From assembly GCA_045863555.1 (NCBI GenBank), contig BTUU01000003.1, positions 34,476-98,475 of the forward strand: a stretch of DNA of 64,000 nt. The letters are read 5' to 3'. Origin of the DNA: Planctomycetota bacterium (GTDB lineage: Bacteria > Planctomycetota > Phycisphaerae > UBA1845 > Fen-1342). Positions 11,459 through 22,586 of the stretch are shown here, one piece after another (the first letter of the stretch is position 1; the number at the start of each line of letters is the position of its first letter). The notes beneath the pieces are model-generated. The model made no database searches, had not been told where the DNA came from, and saw only the letters and a program-made list of their open reading frames with translations. The position numbers and the translations under genes were made by a program.

Positions 11459-12376
11459 TCACAAGCATTCCACGCCAAACGCCGCCAGCAGCAGCGAAAG
11501 GTCAGCCAGATTTACCTCGCCGTTCCCATCCAGATCCCCATCCCGATACCCCGCCCCCGTCGCCCCGACGTGCGCCAGCAGCACCGCCAGATCCGCCAGC
11601 CCCACGCCGCCGTCGCAGTCCAGGTCGCCCATGCACTCCGAAATCTCCTCAAACCCCGCCGCCCAGAGGACTCCGCCGAGCACGTGCCGCCGAAACAGCG
11701 GCTCTGAATACGTCTCCACTGTATGTCCACCGGCCGTATAAAACGTCCGCCCCGCATCGATCGTGTCGCACCACGCGATCGGATGATCCGCGCCCATCGT
11801 CCCACCCGAATACGTCGACTCGTCGATCCGGAGCAGTACGCGCACGTCCGGCCGCGGATTCCGCCGGAAGTTGTACCACTCATCAAACCGCGACCACGGC
11901 GAGGGCAGATGCGCCGTCGCCGGGTGCCCGGCATCTTCGACATGAAGATCAGCGCTGGCTTCCGCGGGATGGCTCAGGAAGTACGCCCCGATCAGCTCGC
12001 GATAGAACGGCCACTCATATTCCGTATCCGCGGCCGAGTGAATCCCGACAAACCCACCGCCATTGCGCACGAACCCCTCCATCGCCGCTTCCTGCGCACT
12101 GTCGAGCACGTCGCCCGTCGTATTGAGGAATACGACCACACGGAATCGCGCCAGGTTCGCGGCCGTGAAGCTCGCAGGATCCTCGGTGTGCTCGACGGTA
12201 AAACAGCGCCGCTCGCCGAGTTCGCGCACCATCGCGACGCCCGCGGGAATCGAATCGTGTCGAAAACCGGCCGTTCGCGTGTAGACCAGTGCCGAGAAAG
12301 CCTCAGGCTGACCAAACGCACGCTCGAAAGGAAAAACCCAGCCGACACAAACGACGACGAGGGCGATGTTTCGCAT
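11459..12376 (-). CDS. ThuA-like (trehalose-utilization / class-I glutamine amidotransferase-like) secreted protein with C-terminal dockerin-like repeats
   Basis: Signal peptide MRNIALVVVCVGWVFP, ThuA-like core (FRVVVFLNTTGDVL...GGGFVGIHSAADT), and two C-terminal DxDxDG..N/DLxDL repeats (DLDCDGGVGLADLAVLL, DLDGNGEVNLADLSLLL) typical of dockerin type I. Confidence 0.7.
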   Translation of the reverse strand: MRNIALVVVCVGWVFPFERAFGQPEAFSALVYTRTAGFRHDSIPAGVAMVRELGERRCFTVEHTEDPASFTAANLARFRVVVFLNTTGDVLDSAQEAAMEGFVRNGGGFVGIHSAADTEYEWPFYRELIGAYFLSHPAEASADLHVEDAGHPATAHLPSPWSRFDEWYNFRRNPRPDVRVLLRIDESTYSGGTMGADHPIAWCDTIDAGRTFYTAGGHTVETYSEPLFRRHVLGGVLWAAGFEEISECMGDLDCDGGVGLADLAVLLAHVGATGAGYRDGDLDGNGEVNLADLSLLLAAFGVECL

Positions 12377-12497
12377 GAGAGCCTCCCGAATCGCCCAGCG
12401 CCGGACAACCCGCGGGATTCTATCGCGCTTGATCCTCGCGACCGCCGCCCCGCACGCCAACTTCGGCGATTGCGGACCCGTCCTCTGCCCTTCGCCC

Positions 12498-13124
12498 TTA
12501 CCCCTTCCGCCCCAGCCAGTGCACCCGCATCGCCCCGAAATCGCGCCGGTCCACCGCATCCAGTCGCTCCAGCATGTCCGCTGGAAAACTGGTCATCAGC
12601 TCGTGCCGGAACACAATCAGCCCGTCGTCCGCGAGCCCCTCGGCCAGTTGGTCGAGCCGCTTGAGCATGCGCAGCGTGTCTTCAACGTCACGGTAGGGGG
12701 GGTCGACGAACATGAGACCAAAGCGGGATGCGTCCCCGGCCGGCGCGTCAGCAATCGAACCCGGATTACGTCCGGACGCGGCCGTGCCGTATGAGACGGA
12801 CCACGCGTCGCCGGTCGAGATCGCCGCCTCTTCCCGCGAAAGCCCCAGCCGCCTGATGTTGTCGCGCAGTGTCGGCAGCGCCTGCCGGCCGCGCTCGACG
12901 AACAGGCAGAACCGCGCCCCACGCGAAAGCGCCTCCAGCCCGAAGGAACCCGCGCCGGCAAAAAGGTCCAGCACCCGCACGTCCGGTAAGGTCCCGAGTG
13001 TGCCCAGCCGGCTGCCCAGGATGTTGAAGATGCTCTCTTTTACGCGATCCGTGATCGGCCGCGTGCCCATCCCCGGAGGCGCGGAAAGCGGACGGCCCCG
13101 AAATCGCCCCGCGATAATTCGCAT
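12498..13124 (-). CDS. rsmD: 16S rRNA (guanine966-N2)-methyltransferase
   Basis: RsmD family: RIIAGRFRGR, LDLFAGAGSFGLEALSRGA, and the MFVDPPY (DPPY) motif. Confidence 0.85.
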   Translation of the reverse strand: MRIIAGRFRGRPLSAPPGMGTRPITDRVKESIFNILGSRLGTLGTLPDVRVLDLFAGAGSFGLEALSRGARFCLFVERGRQALPTLRDNIRRLGLSREEAAISTGDAWSVSYGTAASGRNPGSIADAPAGDASRFGLMFVDPPYRDVEDTLRMLKRLDQLAEGLADDGLIVFRHELMTSFPADMLERLDAVDRRDFGAMRVHWLGRKG

Positions 13125-13198
13125 GATCCTGTCGACGGCTGCGCATCATCCCCGGACAACTGAACGGACCGCGGCGGGCAACCGATATTCGCTGTGGC

Positions 13199-13963
13199 AT
13201 GATACTCGACCTGCGAAACATCCTCGAAGGCTGGGAATACGAGCCGGGCAAGATCTCGGTTCGCAAGATCATCGGTCAGGACGGCCGCGAGAAGATCCAG
13301 ACCCGCGTCGACCTCGGCGTCCTTCAGTTCGAGGTCAGCGGCCGGCCCGACGGCGTCCGTCCGCACGGCTTCGACACAAGCCTGAACTGGCTCGAGTCGC
13401 GCCTCCGCGAACACGTCGCCCGCTGCGGCAGCGAAGCCGGCTTCCAGCTTTCCGCTGACGAATGCAAGGAACTGCGCCACGAAAGCCACCTGTACTACCA
13501 GCGCTTCCTCTCGAACTTCGTGCTTGAGGAGTTCGCAGCCGTCGAGGCCGACACGGCGCGGAATCTGCGCCTGCTCGACTTCTGCAACCGCTACGCCGAA
13601 TCGGAGAGCGACCGCGACGCGCTGGAGGGGCAGCGGGCCTACATCCTGATGATGAACACGCGCGCCCGCGTCTACCTCGCGATCGCCCGCGACGACTACG
13701 CGGCCGCGATGGCCCTGATCGACGACGGCATCGAGGAGATCCGCGAGCTGACGCTCCTCGACCCGATCGCTGCCGACGGCGAAGACCCGCCCGAATTACA
13801 GGTCCTCGGCTCGCTTCGCGAGGAAATCCTCGGCAACATGCCCGAAGACGCGATTCCCCGGCTCGAAAAGGACCTCCGCGAAGCCGTCGCCGCCGAGGAA
13901 TACGAGCGCGCGGCCAGTCTGCGCGACCGCCTGGAGCAGCGCCGCCGCGAGAACGCGGCATAG
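13199..13963 (+). CDS. Conserved hypothetical protein with C-terminal UVR (UvrB/UvrC) motif
   Basis: The C-terminal EEYERAASLRDRLEQ matches the UVR domain consensus (EEYE.AA.LRD.l). The rest is an acidic, helical body. Confidence 0.6.
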   Translation: MILDLRNILEGWEYEPGKISVRKIIGQDGREKIQTRVDLGVLQFEVSGRPDGVRPHGFDTSLNWLESRLREHVARCGSEAGFQLSADECKELRHESHLYYQRFLSNFVLEEFAAVEADTARNLRLLDFCNRYAESESDRDALEGQRAYILMMNTRARVYLAIARDDYAAAMALIDDGIEEIRELTLLDPIAADGEDPPELQVLGSLREEILGNMPEDAIPRLEKDLREAVAAEEYERAASLRDRLEQRRRENAA

Positions 13964-13978
13964 ACCTGCGTTGCTTCG

Positions 13979-15316
13979 CTATTCCCTTGCCGCTGCGCCC
14001 GCCACCCGATCGAAGTAGTTCAAAATCAGGCTGTAGTACCAGTCCCGCGCATACGGCGCGAATCCGACGTGCCCGCCGCCTTCGAGCATGATGAATGCGA
14101 CGTTCGGGTTGTCCGTCGTCGCCGCCAGCGCCGCCACGTCCTGCGCCGGCCCCAGCGGATCGTTCGACGCCTGCACGATCAGCACCGGCACTCGCGCCGA
14201 CTCAAGTTTGTCACCCGCGTCCCGATCCCGGTACGGGAGGAACCGAAGGTAGTCGAGCCCGTCGGCGACCGCACCGGGATAGCGAATCGCCGACCGCTCG
14301 AACTCCGCTGAGATCAGCGTCCGCAGGTTCCCGTCGCAAGGCGAGTGGCCCTTGGCCGCCTTCCGCTCGCACAGACCGCCCTGCAGCGACGCCTGCACCG
14401 GATCAACCCAGGCGGAGATCGGGTTCTCGCATCGATCGATGATGTTCTCGAACGACAGCACCGGCGAGAACGCGATGATCCCCGCTTCGTAATGCCGCTG
14501 TTCGTTCCGCGGCCGCAGGTAGGGCTTCAGCCGCGGCCGCACGCTCGGATGGTCCGCGGCGCGCCCGTCGTCCCACGCGGCCAGCAGCGCGTGATTCGCG
14601 CCCCAGCAGAAGCCGATCAGCCCGGTCCGGCGCACTTCGGGCTTCGCCTGAAGCCACTCCGCGACCGCGAGCAGATCCCCCGTTTCCGCCACGCCGAAGT
14701 TGTAGTACACATCGGGAAACCGCGCGTCCGTCCGCCCGAATCCGCGCAGTTCGATCGCAATCGCATGCAGCCCCGCGTCCCGCAGCGCCAGTGCCAGCGT
14801 ACGCGTTCGTTCAACGGACAGATCTCCGAGCAATCCCGGCAGGATCACAACGCAGTCGCTCTGGATCGGCTGCCCGTCGCGCGTCGCGAAGCCCAGCCGC
14901 CCGAAGATCTCGATCCCGTCGGCCACCGGAATCCACACATCCTCAAAACCCGGCCACGGCGGCGGATCGCGATCGGGCACGGTCGTGTGCGACGCTTGGG
15001 CCGTATGCAGCAGACCGAAGAAATTCGTAAAGATCCCGCTGAGCGTCTTCGGGTTCGTATTGAAGTACCGGTAGACGTCGACCGCGAATCCGCCGGGACC
15101 GATCAGCTCCTCGTTGATCAGCGGGCGCTTGTGCCGCTTGGGCAGGAGCGGCATCAGGCGCTCCCGCGCGGCCGCCAGCCACTGCCGCGTCGTTGCGGCG
15201 TCCGGCCGTTCCATCCGGACGACCGCGCTCGGTTCGATCGGGATCGTCTGCTCGCGAAAGCAGCCGGTGAGGAAGGTCATAAGCAGGAGGCCCGGAAACG
15301 CAGCCCTGGCGGCCAT
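13979..15316 (-). CDS. Alpha/beta-hydrolase-fold lipoprotein (Cys-nucleophile GxCxG type, dienelactone-hydrolase/YheT-like)
   Basis: Lipobox LTGC after the MAARAAFPGLLLMTF signal. Nucleophile elbow GFCWG, later HPSVRP...GGGHVGF. Upstream 78 codons trimmed as Arg/Cys-rich and non-protein-like. Confidence 0.6.
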   Translation of the reverse strand: MAARAAFPGLLLMTFLTGCFREQTIPIEPSAVVRMERPDAATTRQWLAAARERLMPLLPKRHKRPLINEELIGPGGFAVDVYRYFNTNPKTLSGIFTNFFGLLHTAQASHTTVPDRDPPPWPGFEDVWIPVADGIEIFGRLGFATRDGQPIQSDCVVILPGLLGDLSVERTRTLALALRDAGLHAIAIELRGFGRTDARFPDVYYNFGVAETGDLLAVAEWLQAKPEVRRTGLIGFCWGANHALLAAWDDGRAADHPSVRPRLKPYLRPRNEQRHYEAGIIAFSPVLSFENIIDRCENPISAWVDPVQASLQGGLCERKAAKGHSPCDGNLRTLISAEFERSAIRYPGAVADGLDYLRFLPYRDRDAGDKLESARVPVLIVQASNDPLGPAQDVAALAATTDNPNVAFIMLEGGGHVGFAPYARDWYYSLILNYFDRVAGAAARE

Positions 15317-15425
15317 GGTGATGGGACGCCGCGCGGAAAAACGGCAGAATCTCCCGTCGCGCGCGGCCATCGGTGGATCATCCGGATTTCGAACTTCGCC
15401 CTTCGTTTGTCGCCCATGCCCCGAG

Positions 15426-15689
15426 TCACATGTCTTCATACAGCTCGGCCCACTCCTCGGTCGGGTGCCGCACCAGCATGTGCGCCACCTGGTTCGGCTC
15501 GCCCGTCTCCGCCGTGTGCAGGCGGACGATGATCTCGGCCCCGGGCACAAGCAGCTCCGCCACGCCCCGCGCGAGCAGTTCGGGGACGATACCGCCGAAG
15601 ACCCGGCCCGAGTAGCGGATCACGATCGCGTCCGCTTCCCGGCGCACGGTGTCGATGCGGTGGCACTGGTATTCGGGAGGAATCGACAT
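15426..15689 (-). CDS. Hypothetical small protein (87 aa)
   Basis: Balanced composition and acidic C-terminus. It sits between the arylsulfotransferase-like gene and the hydrolase gene on the same strand. No recognisable domain. Confidence 0.4.
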   Translation of the reverse strand: MSIPPEYQCHRIDTVRREADAIVIRYSGRVFGGIVPELLARGVAELLVPGAEIIVRLHTAETGEPNQVAHMLVRHPTEEWAELYEDM

Positions 15690-15752
15690 TGCGAGATCCT
15701 GATCAGTTTCCCGTGGCGCGGCCGCACCGCGCCCGGAATCGCCGCGGCGCTG

Positions 15753-16994
15753 TCACTCCCCGCCGCCCGCGTTCGTCGCCTGCGCCTTCTCGACGTACGC
15801 ACGCGAGTAGCGCACCGCCCGGACGATCGTATACCGCTGCCCCCGTGAATTCGTCAGCGGCGTGAAGTATTGCCACACGGGCCTTCCGCCGCGCGTCACT
15901 TCGAACACCTCGCCATGATCCGAATTCGTAATGAGGTAGTTTCCGTTCGATAGCCGCTGCACGCCGCCGCGCGATCGCGAGTAGAAATCCGTCTTCCGCG
16001 GCCGCTGATATTCCCAGGCGATCTCGCCGCTGAGCGGATCGAGTTCAACGATCCGCGACCAGCCGCGGACGAGACCGTTGTCGAAGACAACGATGCTCCC
16101 GTCATCCAGCACCTGTGCATCATGGGGGCCGTCCAGTTGCCGGTCGCCCCATGCCCAGACTACGCGCTGCTCCTTCCAGTTGAAGATCGCGACGCGGTTC
16201 TGATGCCGGAAGCAGACCAGCACATTGTCCGGCGAGTAAAGCGGAGACTTCGCCGCGAGCGCCGGGCGATCGATCCACTCGACTGAATTCGCGTGAAACA
16301 GGTCGACGACGACGCGCCCGTCGATCTTCGCGGGCTTCACCGTCAGGAGCGGAAACACGGAGCTGTTTGCCCGTATCGCCTGAAGAATGGAGAGCGAGTC
16401 GAGCGTCTCGCCGTCGGGCCCCAGGAGCCCGATCCGATCGTCGCGCACGTCGATCTCGGCGTGGATTTCACTGTCATGCTGCTGGCTGAATGTGAGCACG
16501 ACCAGGTTCCCGCCCGGCGCGGGGCCGATGTCGAATCGCGCCGGTATGTGCGTCTTCCAGCGAACCTCCCCGGACCAGCTCATCCGCAGCGCATAGCGCC
16601 GCTCATCCGCTACCCCGCCCCCCGGCGGCGCAGGACCGTCCGCTCCGACGGTTACGATGTCGCCGTCCGGCAGGAGCGTGACGTGCGACCACTGGTGGCC
16701 GGGGTGCTTCCACTCGTGGACGAGCGCGCCTTTTTCATCCACGAGCTGCGCCGTCGACGCCGTCGCGATGCTCACGAGCGTCAGGCCCGGCGACATCGAC
16801 GCCTCATCCGCCTGGACTACGCCGCTCTCACCCTCGGCCACCTCCTCAGCGTGCCCCGCGTAGGGCAGCGAGCGCAAGGCATTGACGTCAGGGGGGGACG
16901 AGCCCGACACGTGTTTTTCGGCCTGATTTTGCGCGGGCCTATCGCAGGCGGAGAAGGCCAGGGTTGAAAGAAGAAGCAACGCCGATCCGCGCAC
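15753..16994 (-). CDS. Arylsulfotransferase (ASST)-family beta-propeller lipoprotein
   Basis: Lipoprotein signal MRGSALLLLSTLAFSAC. ASST-like segments HANSVEWI, VLVCFRHQNRVAIFNW and LDGPHDAQVLDDGSIVVFDNG. Confidence 0.55.
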   Translation of the reverse strand: MRGSALLLLSTLAFSACDRPAQNQAEKHVSGSSPPDVNALRSLPYAGHAEEVAEGESGVVQADEASMSPGLTLVSIATASTAQLVDEKGALVHEWKHPGHQWSHVTLLPDGDIVTVGADGPAPPGGGVADERRYALRMSWSGEVRWKTHIPARFDIGPAPGGNLVVLTFSQQHDSEIHAEIDVRDDRIGLLGPDGETLDSLSILQAIRANSSVFPLLTVKPAKIDGRVVVDLFHANSVEWIDRPALAAKSPLYSPDNVLVCFRHQNRVAIFNWKEQRVVWAWGDRQLDGPHDAQVLDDGSIVVFDNGLVRGWSRIVELDPLSGEIAWEYQRPRKTDFYSRSRGGVQRLSNGNYLITNSDHGEVFEVTRGGRPVWQYFTPLTNSRGQRYTIVRAVRYSRAYVEKAQATNAGGGE

Positions 16995-17120
16995 GTCGAT
17001 CTCCGCGGTCAGAGGGCGGCGATCGCCGCCTGCCGACAGTGACGATCACCAGTATAATGCGAATCGCGTCGCCTTCCGTCGCTGGCGACCGCGTGGTTGC
17101 CGATTGCGAGTCTCCTCGAG

Positions 17121-18566
17121 ATGATCCCGATTTTCAGTTCACGGTGCCTGCAGATACCGCTGCTCGTCGCTTCTACACTGATAGGATGCGCGCTCGCTGG
17201 GTGCGACAGGCCGCCCAGCGGCAGGGTAACGTCGCAGCCGACCTTCGAGGGTGCAAATCTGGTCATCGTGACCATCGACACGCTCCGCGCCGATCATCTC
17301 GGCTGCTACGGCTACTTCCGCGACACTTCGCCCCGGATCGACGCATTTGCGACCGAGTGTGTCGTGTTTGATCAGGCCGTCGCGCCGATGGCCACGACGC
17401 TCCCGTCACATATGACGCTGTTTACCGGGCTCGAACCGCTTGAACACGGGATCACGGCCAACGTGGGCGACGGTGGGGCGATCTTCGGAGTGAAGGCGGG
17501 CGTGCATCCCGTCTCATCTCTGGCAGACAGGGCCGGTTTCAAGACGGCCGCGTTCGTGAGCGCTACACCGTTGAAAAAATCCTGCGGGCTCGGGGCTGCG
17601 TTCACTTACTACAACGAACCCGAGTCCGCCGTGCGGCGCGGCGCCGATACGATCGACGCGGCCATTACATGGTTGCACGCGAATCGTTCCGGACGATTCG
17701 TCCTATTTGTTCACATATATGATCCGCATTATCCATACGATCCACCGGCGCCTCATCATCTAGCATATGAAACCGATGCCCAACTCGAGCAGTGGATCGC
17801 GGACCGGCGGATGACGCCGCTGATTCAACCCGGCCCCTGCAGAAACCCGGTCCCAACCCCCGCAATCGCATCGCACAATCTCTACGACGGTGAGGTGCGC
17901 TACTCGGATGAGCAGGTCGGCCGGCTATTCGACACGCTCCGTGAACTCGAACTCTGGGATGCATCCACCGTTGTCTTCGCTTCTGACCACGGCGAGGGCT
18001 TGAATCAGCATGATTGGCCGCAGCACGGCCGAGTCTGGTTCGAACAGGTCCACGTCCCACTGATGATCAAATTTCCGAAGGGATCGAGCCAGGTCCCGCG
18101 CCGGATCCCGTTGCTCGTTGGGCTCGTTGATGTGATGCCCACACTGATTGAAGAACTGGATCTCAATTGGGCGCGCGATCTGGCGGTTGCTGCCAGCGGC
18201 AAGAACGTCCTCGACGCCGGGTTTCGTGAGCGGCCGCTGCTGTCGAAGCGCTCGGATCGAGACTGCCCTATCGACCCCGGTGGACGTTTTGCCCTGACCA
18301 CCTCGGCATGGCGGTTTCATCTGGGCGCTGAGGCCGGCGACCTGCTGTTCGATCGGCGCTCCGATCCGTTTGAACTCGCCGGCGTTCAGAACCTGAAACC
18401 GAACATCGCAGGGGACCTGCTTCGACAGACCCGTGCACTCATCGAATTCTATGAAGCGCGCGGCCGTGACCTGGACAGCGGGCCGCCGCGCCCGATCGAG
18501 AAAATGGATCCCAAACTGGTTCGAGAACTGGAGTCGCTCGGGTACGGCGGCGAGTCCGTTCGCTGA
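17121..18566 (+). CDS. Sulfatase-like hydrolase/transferase (alkaline-phosphatase superfamily) lipoprotein
   Basis: NLVIVTIDTLRADHLGCYGY metal-binding N-terminus, and DHGE/DHGEGL near aa 280. The position of the canonical C/S-x-P-x-R formylglycine motif is occupied by T-T-L-P-S-H. Lipobox LAGC. Start at the ATG MIPIF, since the tool used an upstream TTG. Confidence 0.75.
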   Translation: MIPIFSSRCLQIPLLVASTLIGCALAGCDRPPSGRVTSQPTFEGANLVIVTIDTLRADHLGCYGYFRDTSPRIDAFATECVVFDQAVAPMATTLPSHMTLFTGLEPLEHGITANVGDGGAIFGVKAGVHPVSSLADRAGFKTAAFVSATPLKKSCGLGAAFTYYNEPESAVRRGADTIDAAITWLHANRSGRFVLFVHIYDPHYPYDPPAPHHLAYETDAQLEQWIADRRMTPLIQPGPCRNPVPTPAIASHNLYDGEVRYSDEQVGRLFDTLRELELWDASTVVFASDHGEGLNQHDWPQHGRVWFEQVHVPLMIKFPKGSSQVPRRIPLLVGLVDVMPTLIEELDLNWARDLAVAASGKNVLDAGFRERPLLSKRSDRDCPIDPGGRFALTTSAWRFHLGAEAGDLLFDRRSDPFELAGVQNLKPNIAGDLLRQTRALIEFYEARGRDLDSGPPRPIEKMDPKLVRELESLGYGGESVR

Positions 18567-19065
18567 AGACCGGCCGTCGGTACCCGGACCTGCGCAAGCG
18601 ACCGTGGCTGTGCAGGTGGTCTCGCCATCGGGTGTCTTCATGCTCTGCGCCGACTGCTCGTCAGTTCCAGTCCGGGTGAACACCCGAGGCGACCTTTCGG
18701 ACCCATGGTGCCCCGCGTTCAGCCGGTGGCGGCGAATGAGTCGCTGGAAGTCCGATCTTCCGTAGGGAAATCAACGGTCACGATTTCGAATGCTCCGAAC
18801 ACGCGGGCCCCCGATCCTCAATGGAGAACCCGGCGATCCACTGGGTTGTTGCCCCGCACTTTCACGGGTAGACGTTGGGTCTCGGGGCGCGACGAGGTTG
18901 TGGACGACGACCTCCGAGGACAAACCGGCCCTGCGCACGGATCGCGGTTCGATCTGCGCATGTGCACCGCCCGGACGCCCCTCACCGCGCCCTGAACGAA
19001 CGCGCTGGCTCGATGGTGAGGCTCCTCGGGAGATGCGAAACCGTAGCCGGGCCGATTTCGATGAA

Positions 19066-19095
19066 CTCGGGCTGCGTGCGGTTTTCGCCTATAAT
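19066..19095 (+). promoter_or_regulatory. Candidate promoter for typA (perfect TATAAT -10 box)
   Basis: TATAAT at 19090-19095, 62 nt upstream of the typA GTG start. No convincing -35 hexamer. Confidence 0.25.
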
Positions 19096-19156
19096 GCCGG
19101 ATTCGCCGGAGGCACGTTCTCCGGGCCATGCACCAGATATTCTCTCGGGGAAGCGT

Positions 19157-20977
<1,821 letters not shown>

Positions 20978-20990
20978 AGTGTTGACGGCG

Positions 20991-21740
20991 ATGCTTGATC
21001 AGATCCGCATCGTGCTCGTCCGGACGATCCGCGCCGGAAATATCGGTTCCTCCGTTCGCGCGATGATGAACATGGGGCTCTCGGACATCGTTCTCGTGGC
21101 CCCCGCGGCGCATCGCTTCGAAACGCAGGCCCTCGGCTTCGCCGCCCGCGCCAAGCCACTCCTCGACACCGCCCGCGACGTTCCAACGATCGCCGACGCA
21201 CTCGAAGGCTGCGTCGCCACGTTCGCCACCTCCGGAAAAGGCGGCCCGCACCGCCGCGAGGCCGCCGTGCCCCCGGCGCTCGCCGGCGACCTTGCGATCG
21301 AGGCGATCGCGGCCGGGGGGCGCGTCGCCATCGCGTTCGGGCCCGAGGATCGCGGCCTGTTGCAGGAGGAGATTCTACAGTTCGATCGGATCATCGAGAT
21401 TCCCTCTAATCCGGATTACCCGGCCCTCAATCTCGCCGCGGCCGTCACCGTCGTCTCCTACGAAATGAGGCAGGCATGGCTGCGTCACCAGGCGCTGCCG
21501 CCGCTCCCCGCACAGGACCCGCGTGCCGAGGACGGCCACAAACGCATCGTCTGCGAAAAACTCTTCGACGCGCTGGAGCTGATCGGCTTCTTCCGCCAGC
21601 AGCAGGACCCGAATCACCTGCGCTACGCCATCCGTCGCGTTCTCGGGCGGGCCGACCTGAGCGTCAACGAGGCGGACATCTTCATCGGAATGGCGCAGCA
21701 GATCATGTGGCACGCGCGGAACCGGCGGCCCGAGCCGTGA
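20991..21740 (+). CDS. tRNA/rRNA 2'-O-methyltransferase, SpoU/TrmH family (TrmJ-like)
   Basis: IVLVRTIRAGNIGSSVRAMMNMGL, SPOUT-fold C-terminal knot motifs (IAFGPEDRGL, IEIPSNPDYPALNLAAAVTVVSYE). ATG at 20991, 14 nt after the typA stop. Confidence 0.8.
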   Translation: MLDQIRIVLVRTIRAGNIGSSVRAMMNMGLSDIVLVAPAAHRFETQALGFAARAKPLLDTARDVPTIADALEGCVATFATSGKGGPHRREAAVPPALAGDLAIEAIAAGGRVAIAFGPEDRGLLQEEILQFDRIIEIPSNPDYPALNLAAAVTVVSYEMRQAWLRHQALPPLPAQDPRAEDGHKRIVCEKLFDALELIGFFRQQQDPNHLRYAIRRVLGRADLSVNEADIFIGMAQQIMWHARNRRPEP

Positions 21741-22513
21741 GCGTCGAACCGCCGTCCCTTTATCGCGACGCGGAACTCTACGACGCCGTCATGCGCGACG
21801 ATCTCGGCGACGTCGCGTTCATCCGCGACCTCGTCCTGCGTTCCCCCGGCCCCGCCCTCGAACTCGCCTGCGGAACCGGTCGCCTCATCATTCCCTGGGC
21901 GCTCGCCGGCCGGGATGCGGTCGGCGTCGACTCGGCGCCGGCGCTGCTTGCCCGCGCTCGCGAGAAAGCGGCGCTGGCGGGTGTCGCGGTACGGTTCGTC
22001 GAGGCGGATATTCGCCGCTTCGAACTCGCGACCCGGTTCGGTGCGATCGTCCTCGCGGGCGACGCGCTGGGGCACATCCACTCCGCGGAAGACCTTTCCG
22101 CCTGCCTCGAGTGCGCGCAGGCTCACCTCGCGCCGGGCGGGTCTTTCATCCTCGACACGCCGATTCCGGAGCTGCACCTCCTCGAAGCCGACCCCGAAAC
22201 CCGACATCTCTGGGGCAGCTTTCCTTCGCGAGGCGTCCGTCCGGGCGGCGTGCTCCTCTTCCGCGCACAGTTCAACGCGGTAACCAGTCTCCTCACTCTG
22301 CGAATGGAGATTCTCCACGACGGCGGCGCACGAGCAGACGCGGGCACGCTCTCGCTCCGGATGTGGCGCGTCACCGAGATGCTGCAAGCGCTCTCATCCG
22401 CGCGATGGCAGCCCGTCGCGCACTACGGCAACTACCATGGTGCGGCGCCGAGCCGGCGGTCTCCGCGCTGCCTGCTGGTCTGCCGATCCGGCGCGGAACC
22501 CCGGCCCGCTTGA
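21737..22513 (+). CDS. Class I SAM-dependent methyltransferase
   Basis: Motif I LELACGTGRL, motif post-I VGVDSAPALL and motif II FGAIVLAGDAL. GTG start overlaps the TrmJ-like stop (GTGA). Confidence 0.75.
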   Translation: MSVEPPSLYRDAELYDAVMRDDLGDVAFIRDLVLRSPGPALELACGTGRLIIPWALAGRDAVGVDSAPALLARAREKAALAGVAVRFVEADIRRFELATRFGAIVLAGDALGHIHSAEDLSACLECAQAHLAPGGSFILDTPIPELHLLEADPETRHLWGSFPSRGVRPGGVLLFRAQFNAVTSLLTLRMEILHDGGARADAGTLSLRMWRVTEMLQALSSARWQPVAHYGNYHGAAPSRRSPRCLLVCRSGAEPRPA

Positions 22514-22586
22514 CAGATGCCCGGGATGAAATTATCATCTTATTTTTGCACCAGAATCACAGGAAATCTGTCAAATCGGAGGTTTA

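Noticed and set aside
11436-11466. Four tandem heptamers TTTCACC-TTTCACA-TTTCACT-CATTCAC at the thuA-like stop codon, and a CCTTCCAACGTTCCCACC segment at 11244-11262. Both resemble one arm of the 84-nt GTGGGAAN/TTCCCACC element.
   Set aside because: There is only one arm and no partner inverted repeat, and the sequence identity to the element is low. It could be a decayed relic, but that is not supportable from this window alone.
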